Shown: positions 48,592 through 61,539 of the stretch, piece after piece
Position numbering within the stretch: position 1 is the first letter of the stretch
Layout: every line of letters starts with the position of its first letter
Source of the DNA: Octopus vulgaris
Taxonomy: Eukaryota
Length of the DNA stretch: 64,000 bases
NCBI GenBank assembly: GCA_951406725.2
Contig: OX597833.1
Coordinates: 60,698,001 to 60,762,000 of the forward strand
Direction of reading: 5' to 3'
Notes under the pieces: model-generated
Databases searched by the model: none
What the model saw: the letters and a program-made list of their open reading frames with translations, nothing else
Told to the model about the DNA's origin: nothing
Position numbers and translations under genes: made by a program

Positions 48592-49009
48592 GGCGATCTT
48601 TCGTCTCTAGTAGACCTTTCCGTCGATTTCCGTAAAAAAAAATTTATTTTTTACATATGGGCTTGCGGGAACTTTTGAAGTAATATACATACATATACAC
48701 ATACACCGAGTAAAAAATTTCAGTTATCTCTCTCTTTCACACATTACTCTGTCTCTTCACACACACTAACAGAAGCACTTCACTTACACAACATACTGTC
48801 TGTCTCCCACACCCCATCAAACACACACACACATGTACATCAATGCTTCCCCTGGACGGTAACTTCAAAAGAATTTCCCTCGTCATACAATTGCTTTCTC
48901 TTAGTCTCTTTCTCTCTCATTACTTCAAAAGTTCCCGCAAGCCCATATGTAAAAAAAAAAAAATTTTACGGAAATCGACGGAAAGGTCTACTAGAGACGA
49001 AAGATTGCC
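48592..49009. mobile_element. MITE with ~90-bp GG-terminal TIRs and 8-bp TSD (Merlin-like)
   Basis: TIR GGC(G/A)ATCTTTCGTCTCTAGTAGACCTTTCCGTCGATTTCCGTAAAA. TSD AATTTTAA (48584-48591 / 49010-49017). Confidence 0.75.
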
Positions 49010-50552
49010 AATTTTAATTTCAAATTTTTTTATGAAAAGCTCCAAAATTGAACCACACCACATCCCACTACCTGAAAGTGAAAAAGAACGTCTGTTTCCG
49101 TATGCGTAGATTTATAGTGAAACAGCAGAAGGACCACGGCATGTGAAGCCCTCAACACGAAACGCGATATGCTAAAAATGACAGCCAAAAGGGTTAATGT
49201 TTACAAGTACACCGGCACGAGGGGACGGGTGGAAGTCTTGCCGAGATTTTGAATACGCCCAAAACTAGGTTTTCAAAATTTTCAATTACTCCCTCCCAGC
49301 CGCAAATTTTTAAATTTTAACTTTTTTTCGAATTTTTTTTTTTTTTTTTCAATCTACGTGGGAAAATATGGAGATTAAGAATATGAAAAAAAGAAAATAA
49401 TTAATTTCAAATTTTCTATGAGAAAACCCCAAAATTGATTTATATACTCCTGGCCACCTCAAAAGAGAACGGCTTGCAAATATGAAGGGCTACTAAATGT
49501 GAGAGCCCTTTGTCCATCAGAAATGATTTCTAAAGTGCATAAACTATGTGGCATATTAGGATGTGGCCTAATTTTAGGGTGCGGTAGGGAATTTCGGAAA
49601 ATTCACCAGAGTCCAATTCGTCTTAACTTTCAAGAAAATGGATATTTTTTTTATGAAATTGTCTACAAATATGGACTTGTTCAGAAACACCCGCGAGTGA
49701 GGAACGGTTCTCAAAAATACCCCCCCCCCCCATTGTTTTCCCCCAAAATTCCTATGTCCTCGGAATCTACATAGTCCGAGGTATATTTGTAGAGAATTAC
49801 ATTAAAAAATATCCATTTTCCTGAAAGTTAGGACGAATTGAAAGTGGATTTTGGTGAATTTTCTGAAATTCCCCACCCGACGTATTCCCAGAACGCTACT
49901 CTGCAAAATTTTGTATATTCGGAATCTACATGATATAACACATATTCGTAAAAAAATTTCATTGAAAAATATCCATATTTCTGAAAGCTATGATCATCCA
50001 AAGTTGGCGGGGTGGAAATCTGTAGTAATATACCAAAATTTCATGAAATACGTTTGATATTCGATGTAGGTCAACGGTTCACTTTTTATGTGGGTCAAAG
50101 ATTAGCGCAGTTTTTTTTTTTTTATCTAAATAACAACATCCATACTCATACTATAGAAGTGCGATGGATATTCATCAAGAAGAAGAAAGGTGACATTGTG
50201 GAGTTATTCCTTTACTTGTTTCAGTCACTTGACTGCGGCCATGCTAGAGCACCGCTTTTAAGGACTTTAGTCGAACAAAACGACCCCTTATTTTTGAAGC
50301 CTAGTAATTATTCTATTATGGGTTTTTTTTTGCCGAATCTCTAAGTTATGGGGGTGTAAACACCGCACCATTAGTCAAATAAAGGGTTGGGTTCAAAATT
50401 CCACCAGAACACATGATGAAGGCTGGAGAGTACATCAGCCGAAATGTGATAACAAACACGATGCGGACACCTATCTCTCCATTGTACAGCAACAGTAGTT
50501 ATGAGCGGTAACGGGGTGTCAAACACAAAGACACACACATAGGTACATACAT

Positions 50553-50725
50553 ATATAGTTAAAGTTAATCCAAACAAGAAAGCACAAAAAACACAACAAC
50601 GCGAGGACGTGGAACAAATATACTATTATTGGACGCTCAGGAAAGAAGGAGGGTTTAACGTTTCAAGCGGAGCTCTTCGTCGGAAATATAGGAGAAGGAA
50701 GATCCAGAGAAGGGAAGACAGAAGG
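50553..50725 (-). mobile_element. Penelope-like terminal fragment with degenerate hammerhead; inverted homologue at 54640-54868
   Basis: Minus strand: CCGACGA-A-GAGC-TCC-GCTT-GAAA-CGTTA. The plus-strand copy has TTGACAA-A-GAGC-TCC-GCTC-GAAA-CGTTA (54733-54760). Confidence 0.5.
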
Positions 50726-51314
50726 CCAACTTCGGAGTTAAGAAGCACCAACAAGTTGGAATTTCTCTGTTTTGACGGAGATTTTTCAGATTTCTTTTCA
50801 CTGTGCCCTTGGAAATGATCTGGAGTATGTTTTACAAAAAACATATCTTCCCTTCTCTGGAGCGATTGTGGTCAATTTTGTGGACACCATGCAACTTAAA
50901 ATCCAGGCATAACTACAGATTTCGGTAATTTCTACCCCCACCGATTTTGGATGATCATAACTTTAAGAAAAATGGATATTTTTTAATGAAATTTTCCAAG
51001 TATATGTTTTACATCATGTAGATTCCTAATATACAAACTTTGGTGGTGGTGGTGGGGTTACACACGAACGAAGTCCTATAAAGTTTTTATTATTTCTGAA
51101 TGAAGAACACAAACATATTATTGAATATCGTGTTTGCTTCTATGAGGACCGTTTACCTTTAAAGTGAAAAAGCAAAACCGACGTATACGACATATGTGTA
51201 AAACATATTTCGGTGTATTTCTCTGTCCATCACACGCGCACACACAAACACGCACCCCGGGATGGAGTGGCGAGAAGTGTATGAATCAATTTTGGAGTTT
51301 CTTCATAGAGACTC

Positions 51315-51528
51315 TGTTTACTCTCTTTTACTTGTTTCAGTCATTCGACTGCGGCCATGTTGGAGCACCGCCTTTAGTCGAGCAAATCGACCCCAGGACT
51401 TATTCTTTGTAAGCCTAGTACTTACTCTATCGGTCTCTTTTGCCGAACCGCTAAGTTACGATGACGTAAACATACCATCATCGGTTGTCAAGCTATGTTG
51501 GGGGTACAAACACAGACACACACACACA

Positions 51529-51594
<66 letters not shown>

Positions 51595-51752
51595 CGACGG
51601 GCTTCTTTCAGTTTTCGTCTACCAAATCCACTCACAAGGCTTTGGTCGGCCTGAGGCTATAGTAGAAGATTCTTGCCGAAGGTGTCACACAGTGGGACTG
51701 AACCCGGAACCATGTGGTTGGTAAGCAAGCTACTTACCACACTGCCACTCCT
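51315..51752 (-). mobile_element. SINE family 2 (CORE-like)
   Basis: Reverse complement of the family consensus. Confidence 0.8.
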
Positions 51753-51758
51753 AGAACA

Positions 51759-52034
51759 TCTCTATATATAAACGGCAAAATGTCTGTGTGTGTATCCTTT
51801 ATACAAATCCACAATTTTTCAGTTAGAGGGCTCGCACTTTCTGTGGTCATTCAAAACTGTCCAAGGGTGGTCGTGCACATCTTTACATTTCCCCAGTCCC
51901 CCCGCAAAGCCATCAAAAAATAATCGATAAACCGACCCCTTATGGTTCAGGTAACAAAAGTCTTTAATACAAGGGACGTGACTCACTCCAGCAGCTTAAT
52001 CTAAAGATATTAAACCATTGCAAGGGAAATAACT

Positions 52035-52082
<48 letters not shown>

Positions 52083-53110
52083 TCATCATCATCATCATCA
52101 TCATTTAACGTCCGCTTTCCATGCTAGCATGGGTTGGACGGTTCAACTGGGGTCTGGGGAGCCCGAAAGCTGCACCAGTCCAGTCAGATCTGGCAGTGTT
52201 TCTACAGCTGGATGCCCTTCCTAACGCCAACCACTCCGAGAGTGTAGTGGGTGATTTTATGTGCCACCGACACAGGTGCCAGACGAGGCTGGCGAACGGC
52301 CACGCTCGGATGGTGTTTTTATGTGCCACCGACACAGGTGCCAGACGACTGGCGAATGCCACCTGGATGGTGCCACCGACACAGGTGTCAGACGAGGCTG
52401 GCGAACGGCCACGCTCGGATGGTGTTTTTATGTGCCACCGACACAGGTGCCAGACAAGGCTATGGTACCACAAGGATACAAATTTCATTGATGTTCATCT
52501 ATTTGATTTTGTTTGATTTTTTTTTGATTTTCACTTGCCTCAACAGGTCTTCACAAGTGTCACAAGAAGGAAGGTATGCACAGGTGGACTGATTACGTCC
52601 CAGGTAGGGGCCACGGGTTATGGCCTGACTAGTCTTGCCGGGTCTTCTCACGCACAGCATACTTCCATAGGTCTCGGTCTCTAGTCATTTCCTTGGTGAG
52701 ACCTAAAGTTCGTAGGTCGTGCTTCACCACTTCGTCCCAGGTTTTCCTGGGTCTATATATATATATATATAAACACACACGCACATATATATATATATTA
52801 TAGCCTCAGTTTTGTGAGTGGGTTTTGTACTCGGAAACTGAAAGGAGTCTGTGTGATATATATATATATATATATATATTTGTGTTTGTGTGTGTGTGTT
52901 TATACCCCCACCATTGATTGGCAACTGATGTTGTGGTGTTTACATTCCCATAGATTCGGCAAAATACACTGTTAGAATAAGTACTAGGATTACATAGGAT
53001 AAACCCTGTTGTTGGTTTTTTTCCAGCATGGCCGCAGTCACATGACTGAAACAAGTAAAACAATAAAATATGCCATTTTAATCCCGAGCAAGGCCGTGTA
53101 TCTCTGCTAG
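51759..53110 (+). mobile_element. Probable Helitron interrupted by an RTE LINE 3' end and a SINE
   Basis: 5' end matches 35766. 3' end CCCGAGCAAGGCCGTG..CTGCTAG|T at 53083-53111. Linking the two ends is inference. Confidence 0.45.
52081..52753 (-). mobile_element. RTE LINE 3' end: ORF tail plus 3' UTR with ~62-bp tandem modules, inserted in (TA)n
   Basis: RPRKTWDEVVKHDLRTLGLTKEMTRDRDLWKYAVREKTRQD* is contiguous with the family 3 tail. Confidence 0.8.
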
Positions 53111-53269
53111 TTTGAAATCAATTATTTTCTTTTTTCCATATTCTTAATCTCCATATTTTTCCACATAGATTGAAAGAAAAAAAAAAATTCGAAAACAAGT
53201 TAACATTTAAAAATTTGGGGTGGGGAGGTGGTAATTGAAAATTTTGAAAACTTGGTTTTGGGCATATTC

Positions 53270-53917
53270 TTCATCGGCGCCCAACCACTGAGCTGAGCAT
53301 CGCCAGTTGTCGTAAAGAATCCACTTTTTATTGCAAGTCACAATCCGGTCGAAACAATGCTTCAAAATGGCTTTTTTTTTGGTTGTCATTCAATTCGTGC
53401 CGCACCCATTTCTCAAGTATTTTTGCTTTTCCAATTTCTTTCAAGTGGTTGGAAATTGTCGTATACATTATGTCTAATTCAGAAGCAACCTCTCAAACAG
53501 TTGTACATGGATTGGCTTTGACTAAGGCTCTTAGTTGATCCTACCACTATGCTTATCATCTTCAAGACTCTCGTCACCACTACAAAATTCCTTGAACCAC
53601 AATTGTGCTGTACATTCGTTAGTGGTTCCTGGGCCAAACGCTTCATTGATATCGCGAGCTGTTTCAATAGATCTTTGGCCTAGCTTGAACTGGAATAAGA
53701 AAATTGTGCGAATTTGCTTTTTGTCCATGTTGTATTGAACATTCCGAAAAAAATGGCCTAATTATTCAAAAAGAAAAAGAGTAACACGATTAGATAGAGC
53801 AAAAAACAGGCTTTAAAATGATATACAAAATCAAAGTAATTTAATGAAAATTTATTTGAAAATACATCATTTAAAACTAAAATTATAAACTCCGCAAGAA
53901 CTTTCTTGACGACCTAA
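53270..53917 (-). mobile_element. Decayed mariner transposon (5' TIR plus transposase N-terminus)
   Basis: TA|TTAGGTCGTCAAG TIR; MDKKQIRTIFLFQFKLG..ETARDINEAFGPGTTNECTAQLWFKEFCSGDESLEDD; WVRHEL; DRIVTCNKKWILYDN. Frameshifted and truncated. Confidence 0.88.
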
Positions 53918-55323
53918 TATATAGTAGAAGATAAAGTTGAATTGTGCAATAAACCTCTTATCTACATGCCTTTTGCCTTTCCCATTTATTAAAAAGAAGT
54001 TCCATACTTTAACTCTTTAGAAAGCGGATTACACTGTCAAATGTAATGTTTATTTATTCCTCTTGTTTAGAATTAATCACACATTATCTTGTATCTTTAA
54101 CGTTTTAATGATTTGAGTGTTTAATTTTAGAATGACATTCTAGAGTAGTTGTGAGAGGCTGGATCTAACTGGTTTGAACGTGTAGGAACAGGTTAAATGT
54201 TTGGTCTGGATATGGCTAGTTTAGACGCAATTTTGTATAAAAAGAAAGAGAAATTCACATGTTTGCTTATTTTCAATTATTTTCTTTCCTCATGCACACA
54301 ATTATACATACATGTATACACACATACGCACATACACCACTCCTATGCATACACACACACACACACACTACATATACATACATGCACACACACATACTTC
54401 AAACTACTAGTACCTTCCACTGACCATTCACCTATGCACATGTGTAGGGAGAGACACAACAGGAGCCACTCCTACTATAAATTCTTCCTATGACCTCAAA
54501 TGATACTAAGCCCAACCACACACATAGATTAACAGCCACAACCACACACACACACTCCTGCACATACCCACACATACACACACATACCTCCTCTTGCACT
54601 CTCCTGTCTTTGAAAGAACTTTTTCTTCACCTATTCCCTTCTGGTCATTCAATATGTGACCGCGTGTGTATCGTTGGCGATTTTTTTTTTCCTCCGTCTT
54701 CCCTTCCTTGGATCTTTCCTTCTTCTATGTTTTTGACAAAGAGCTCCGCTCGAAACGTTAAATCCACTTTCTTTCCTTTCCTGAGCGTCCAATAACACTA
54801 TACTTGTTCCACGTCCTCGGTTTGTTGTGTTTTCTCTTTGTGTTTTCATGTTCGGATTAACTATATGTAAAAACATATTCTCGCCTTGAACTTAAAATAT
54901 TCTGAGATGTATAAAAAATCCATTTTAATTTTTGCTGTCAAAAGGCTGTATATATATACCAAAGATTGTATATATATACATGTAATGTGACAATTTGCGA
55001 CAACCAATAATTAACGCAACCAATTCCCAATAATATATTTGTTTTATCCTTTTCTGCCAAATTTTCCCAAATATTCTCATCACACTATTGAACTTCTCTG
55101 TTACCAAACACTATATTTATACTATATTTATGTAATGTGACAATTATGTACAAAAAAACATTTTTGAATTCATAATATCCAATGTGACAATTATGTAAAA
55201 AACTTTTTTTGAACCCATATTATTCAATGTTTCCTTAAATGTAACTTTTGACAATCTTTTACCAAAGAGTGAAACCGGTTAAGTAAATAAACATCGTTTA
55301 AATTGCCTTTTCAAACCTTTTTT

Positions 55324-55366
<43 letters not shown>

Positions 55367-55526
55367 GTTGTATACTGTCAACACAACGTGACAGTCCCGT
55401 AAAGGGAATCACACCACCGCTATTTAGCCCTAGGAAGCATTGATGCTTCCTGTCGGCTTTGACACATTTCCTGTGTCCTTATATTTGCAAAGGGGAGGCA
55501 AGCACTCCTGCTAGCTAGGATTAGCT

Positions 55527-55568
55527 CCTGGAGACATGTTTCTGGGTCTTGCTCGTCATCAGTCCAGG
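55527..55568 (-). ncRNA. Minimal type I hammerhead motif in a Penelope-like unit (55363-55597)
   Basis: CCUGGA-CUGAUGA-C-GAG-CAAGA-CCC-A-GAAA-C-AU-G-UC^-UCCAGG. Perfect 6-bp stem I, palindromic ACAUGU stem III, weak stem II. Confidence 0.65.
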
Positions 55569-55597
55569 GTAGTAAGTCCTGCTACCTCTTTGCAAAT

Positions 55598-55998
55598 ACT
55601 CTTTACTCTTTTACTCTTTTACTTGTTTCAGTCATTTGACTGTAGCCATGCTGGAGCACTGCCTTTAGTTGAGCAACCCGACCCCGGGACTTATTCTTTG
55701 TAAGCCCAGTATTTATTCTATCGGTCTCTTTTGCCGAACCGCTAAGTGACGGGGACGTAAACACACCAGCATCGGTTGTCAGGCAATGCTAGGGGGACAA
55801 ACACAGACACACAAACACACACACATATATATATATACATACATATGACAGGCTTCTTTCAGTTTCCGTCCACCAAATCCACTCACAAGGCATTGGTCGG
55901 CCCGGGGCTATAGCAGAAGACACTTGCCCAAGATGCCACGCAGTGGGACTGAACCCGGAACCATGTGGTTGGTTAGCTAGCTACTTACCACACAGCCA
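55598..55998 (-). mobile_element. SINE family 2 (CORE-like)
   Basis: Reverse complement of the family consensus. Confidence 0.8.
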
Positions 55999-56499
55999 TC
56001 CTTTTAAAGTGATTTATTGAATCAGAAATAAACTTATAAGAAGGTATTTCTAAAGGTGTTTCTTTTACAAATACTAAAAACAAAAGTGCTTGAAATTAAA
56101 TGTTTATTCAGAACAGTCGTAATTTAAATTCAGTTTGTTAACCAGCGAATGAGTATTTTATTTCTGTGTTATCTTCCTGGTGTAGATATACCCGTGTGTC
56201 TTCTTGTTGTAAAAATAAATAAAAGTCATGTGTATCTTCCTGGTGTAAAAATAAATCTGCCTGCAACTGCTTAAAAAAATCATACATTTGATTTATAAAA
56301 AAAGCTGTAAAATTTGTCATTTATTTATATCTTTGACTAAGAGAGAGAGAGAGAGAGTAAGGAGGAGGAGAGGATGGAGAATAGAGAGAGGGAGGGAGAT
56401 GGAGGAAGAGAGAGAGAGAGAGATTTGTAACACAGCTGTTATGTATGGAATAGATAGAATGTGGTAATCAGTAATAGTGACCGATACCTTTATAGGTGT

Positions 56500-56795
56500 A
56501 GAGGCGCAATGGCCCAGTGGTTAGGGCAGTGGACTCGCGGTCGTAGGATCGCGGTTTCAATTCCCAGACTGGGCGTCGTGAGCGTTTATTGAGCGAAAAC
56601 ACCTAAAAGCTCCACGAGGCTCTGGCAGGGGATGGTGGTGATCCCTGCTGTACTCTTTCACCACTCTTTCTTCTGTTGGCCTGCTCGCCTAGCCAGTGTG
56701 GTTGTCGTCATTGGAAGGCTAAAACAATGCGAAGCACATTGTGACTAGCAATGTGTAGCAACATCTGATGGTCTGGTTCGTCACGTGATCATGTG
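56500..56795 (+). mobile_element. tRNA(Arg)-like-headed SINE, family 4
   Basis: A box TGGCCCAGTGG, anticodon-like GACTCGCGGTC, B box GGTTTCAATTCC. 14-bp TSD ACCTTT(A/G)TAGGTGT (56486-56499 / 56796-56809). Copy at 63525-63826. Confidence 0.75.
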
Positions 56796-57117
56796 ACCTT
56801 TGTAGGTGTGTATGGGAATGGTAAACTTAAAAGTAAACAAAAATTACCATGACAAATATACGAGTAATAATAATATTATTGTGTTCTGAAATAGGATTAA
56901 GATGGTCTTCTTTGTAGAAAACTGTCTAAGGAGTGTTTCACACAAACTTGGCAATGATGAAATGAAAATGTGGGATTTTCAACTGAGATGACCTCGAAAA
57001 ATGTCAAAGACCAGAGAATTTGTAATAGTTGTTTCAGGCACAGGGCCTGAAGCTTTGGGAGGGAGCTAGTTGGTTATATTAACCTCAGTACTTCATTTTA
57101 TTGACCCTGGAAAGATA

Positions 57118-57194
<77 letters not shown>

Positions 57195-57225
57195 TAATAA
57201 TTAATAATAATAATTAATAATAATA

Positions 57226-57261
<36 letters not shown>

Positions 57262-57509
57262 TAATAATAATAATTAATAATAATGATAATAATAATAATG
57301 TTTTCTTTATTGGCCGGCACAAAACAAACGCGGTTTAGTACAATATTTGTGTATTAAATAACAATAACAATTAAAAACGAAAATTAAACAATAAAGATCC
57401 CTTAAAGGGAGGATTTCCTCTCAAGGCCAATCAAGGAACCCCACACATTTTGAAGAAAAATTTCTGAATGATGATGATGATGGTGATGGTGATGATGATG
57501 ATGATGATG

Positions 57510-58534
57510 ATCCTTTCTACAATAGGCACAAAGCCTTAAATTTTATGGGGAGAGGACCAGTCAATTACATCGACCTCAGTGTGTAACTGGTACTTAATTT
57601 ATCGACCCCCTAAAGGATGAAAGGCAAAGTTGACCTCGGTGACATTTGAACTCAGAACAAGAAGACAGATGAAATACTGCTAAGCATTTTGCCTGGCATA
57701 CTGACAATTCTGCCAGCTCACCACCTTCAATAATAATAATCATCATCACCATCATCATCGTTTAATGTCCGCTTTCCATGCTAGCATGGGTTGGACGATT
57801 TGACTGAGGTCTGGCGAACCAGATGGCTGCACCAGGCTCCAATCTCATCTGGCAGAGTTTCTACAGCTGGATGCCCTTCCTAACGCTAACCACTCTGAGA
57901 GTGTAGTGGGTGCTTTTACGTGCCACCGGCATGAGGGCCAGTCTGGCGGCACTGGCAACGGCCACGCTCAAATGGTGTTTTTTAAGTGCCACCTGCCACA
58001 GAAATCAGTCCAGCGGCACAGGCAACGACCTTGCTCAAATGTTTTGTTCACGTGCCAGTAAGGCAACGCTGGTAACAATCATGCTCAAATGGTGCCTTTT
58101 ACGTGTCACCAATAATAATAATAATAATAATAAGGCGCAGGAGTGGCTGAGTGGTAAGTAGCTTGCTAACCAACCACATGGTTCCGGGTTCAGTCCCACT
58201 GCATGGCATCTTGGGCAAGTGTCTTCTGCTATAGCCCCGGGCCGACCAATGCCTTGTGAGTGGATTTGGTAGACGGAAACTGAAAGAAGCCTGTCGTATA
58301 TATGTATATACATATATGTATGTGTTTGTGTGTCTGTGTTTGTCCCCCTAGCATTGCCTGACAACTGATGCTGGTGTGTTTACGTCCCCGTCACTTAGCG
58401 GTTCGGCAAAAGAGACCGATAGAATAAGTACTGGACTTACAAAGAATAAGTTCCGGGGTCGATTTCCTCCACTAAAGGCGGTACTCCAGCATGGCTACAG
58501 TCAAATGACTGAAACAAGTAAAAGAGTAAAGAGA
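57510..58534. mobile_element. Stack of SINE family 1 (-, 57510-57727), RTE tail (-, 57740-58110) and SINE family 2 (+, 58134-58534)
   Basis: Matches to the three family consensuses, joined at (AAT)n/(CAT)n tracts. Confidence 0.75.
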
Positions 58535-58724
58535 ATAACACTGCTCGAGTGCACCTCAACCTTTTGGAAAAGAGTAAAAGAAAGGAAAGAGGGCAAAAAT
58601 GAATCAAATAGAATTGAATCTGGCAAGATTTGAATTCAGGGCATAAAGGGTAAAAAGAACAACCACAAGGGGTTTTGTCAAATGCTGTGGTGGTTCTACC
58701 TATTCAGAGTTTGTAATAACAATA

Positions 58725-59495
58725 AAATCTGCCTCAAGTCTGCTTCGTGTTTATCTTAGGTCTGCTTCAAGTTAGCCTCCAGTATTCATCAAATCTGCCT
58801 CAGGTCTGCCTCATCTACCCTAAATCTGCCTCAGGTCTATTTCATGTCTGCCTCAAAGGTGCTTCAGTCTACCTTAAGTCTGCCTCAAGCGTACCTCAAG
58901 TCTGCCTCAGGCATACCTAATATCTACCTCAAATGTGCCTCAAGTCTACCTCAAGCCTGCTTCAAGTCTACCTCAAGTCTGCCTCAGGTATTCCTAATAT
59001 CTACCTCATATGTGCCTCAAGTCTACGTCAAGCCTGCTTCAAATCTACCTCAAGTCTGCCTCAGGTATACCTAAATATCTACCTCAAATGTGCCTCAAGT
59101 CTACCTCAAGCCTGCTTCAAGTCTACCTCAAGTCTGCCTCAGGCATACCTAATATCTACCTCAAATGTGCCTCAAGTCTACCTCAAGCCTGCTTCAAGTC
59201 TACCTCAAGTCTGCCTCAGGTATTCCTAATATCTACCTCATATGTGCCTCAAGTCTACATCAAGCCTGCTTCAAATCTACCTCAAGTCTGCCTCAGGTAT
59301 ACCTAAATATCTACCTCAAATGTGCCTCAAGTCTACCTCAAGCCTGCTTCAAGTCTACCTCAAGTCTGCCTCAGGTATTCCTAATATCTACCTCATATGT
59401 ACCTCAAGTCTACCTCAAGCCTGCTTCAAGTCTACCTCAAGTCTGCCTCAAGTATATCTGAAATCTGCCTCAAGTCTACCTTGAGTTTACCTCAA
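58725..59495. repeat. Hierarchical minisatellite: 11-bp (CTCAAGTCTAC-like) to 77/78-bp to 232-bp period
   Basis: Repeated ORF artefacts start at 58933, 59010, 59165 and 59242 (offsets 77 and 232). Confidence 0.85.
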
Positions 59496-61539
59496 GAAAC
59501 TTGAGCTTATTCATAATTTCAAGGTTCTTAGGTGACTGAAAATACAGGTCAGACTCCCCACCTCTCATTAACTGGACACTAATTTATCACAGGGTTAGAC
59601 CCCTCCCCCACCACTCCTGTTTAGTGTTTTCAATTTTGTATTTTTAATGTCAGATCTAGCATTTAACAAAAAAAAATAGCAGTTTGAAAAAATATATCTA
59701 GCATTTTTCTCTGATCATGACATTTCCATAATAGTTGCCCTTTTTTCTTTCTCTTTTTCTACTTTTTAAAAAAGTATTTTACAGCCAAATTTCAGTATTA
59801 TTGGTTATTGTTGAATTTTTTCTTTTACTTTCATGATATTCCAAATAAAAAGTAACCGAGAAATTTATGGTCACCTTTTCAACTGTGACTAAGTACAAGG
59901 AATGGAGATAACTCATGTAAGCACCTGAGTTACCCACATGGAAAAATTTTATGACTATAGGATCTAATAATACCAATGTAATGATGGGGGTTTTCCAGAA
60001 ATTAAAAGGGGAATTTCACATAATATTAATAATAATAATAATGAAAGTATTGTATACAGTGCTCAGGTGCACCACAACTTGTCAGAAAGTGAGTATAAAG
60101 CATATGCAGTAATGTACAAATGTCTGGAAAGCGAACAGTGTATGAGTCAGATACATGCTTGCGTGTGTATGGAGGGGAGAAAATCAGGTGTAGTGTTGGC
60201 GAATCTCAGGAAACATGGAAGTTTTGAAGGATGCAGTGCTCCGACAACTAACAACTTATGCCAGCAGTTTGTTCCATGCTTCAGCAACTCTTAGTGTGAA
60301 AAAATGTTTCCTAAAGTCTTGGGAGCTGTGTTGTTTTCTGACTTTGTAAACATGCCTATGAGTGTTAGACGGGTGGAGTTTGAAATTTCTTCTATCTAGA
60401 GATATGTTACTCTTTACAGTTGGCAATATTCCACACTTGGGCTGAATGCCTGCACAGGAACTTAGAATTTTTAGTATCTGAAGACTATAAATTATTCTCT
60501 TACTTCTTAACTAGATAAACAGTCTATAAGTAGCTTCATCCTACTTACTATCAGTGATAAGGAGCCCTTAATCATTGTAAATTCTTGTGTATCCAGGTGA
60601 CTGTCAATAGATCCGATTGTATGTCGAATTATAAGCCAATGGTTTGATTTACAAACTCACTTCCAAACTACAAGTACTGTATATTTGTCCATTTAAATAT
60701 ATGGATAGTATTAAATTGAATTTCAATTGAAACAGTTTTTCCACAGAGGTCAGCTTTACCTTTCATCCTAAGGCAGCAAGTTGGCAGAATCGTTAGCACA
60801 CCAGGCAAAATGCTCAGCAGCATTTAATCCATTTTTATGTTCTGAGTTCAAATGCTGCCAAGGCTGGCTTTGTCTTTCACCCATTCAGGGTCAATAAAAT
60901 AAGTACTAGTTGATAACTAGGGTCAATGAACATCCTGACCTTGTGCCAAAATTTGAAACAAATATTAATAGTTAAATGGAAAATTTTGCAATATGTCTAA
61001 AAAGATTTCTTCTAAGCAGAACTCATCATCATCATCATCATCATTATTGTTTAACATCCATTTTCCATGCTGGCATGGGTCGGATGGTTTGACTGAAGTC
61101 TGGAGAGCCAGCGGTTGCAGCAGGCTCCAATCTGATCTGGCAATGATCAGGATGAAAGGTAAAGCTAACCTCTGTGGAATTTGAACTCAGAATGTAAAGA
61201 CAGACCAATGCCACTAAGTATTTTACCCGGTGTAGTAACAATTCTGCCAGCTCACCACTTCTATTTATCTATCAATATTGCCAAATTCAACTACAGCTGT
61301 TCAGCAGTATGCGTAGAATCAAATTGAAACTGAAAAACAAAATGCAGCTTCTTGTGCTTGGATCAAAACTTTCTGTAAAATATGGCCCCAAAAAATATGA
61401 CAAATGTTGCAAAAACTTCAGCCTTTCAAAGCCTATATTTAACAAGATCGGGACCCTGAATGCATACAAAAGTCAAGACTCAGAGACTGCCGCTGAAAAT
61501 GAACAAATCAGTGGAATTATTTGGAAATTATTTTTCAAT

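Noticed and set aside
52250-52460. CRISPR-like regularly spaced repeats
   Set aside because: The units are whole ~62-bp tandem modules without unique spacers, inside an RTE 3' UTR in eukaryotic DNA, and no cas genes are present.
56500-56575. tRNA-Arg gene
   Set aside because: No proper acceptor stem or oligo-T terminator; it continues into a SINE body with a TSD and has a second copy at 63525.
58844-59484. Overlapping repetitive ORFs
   Set aside because: By-products of a 77/78-bp minisatellite whose period is mostly not a multiple of 3.
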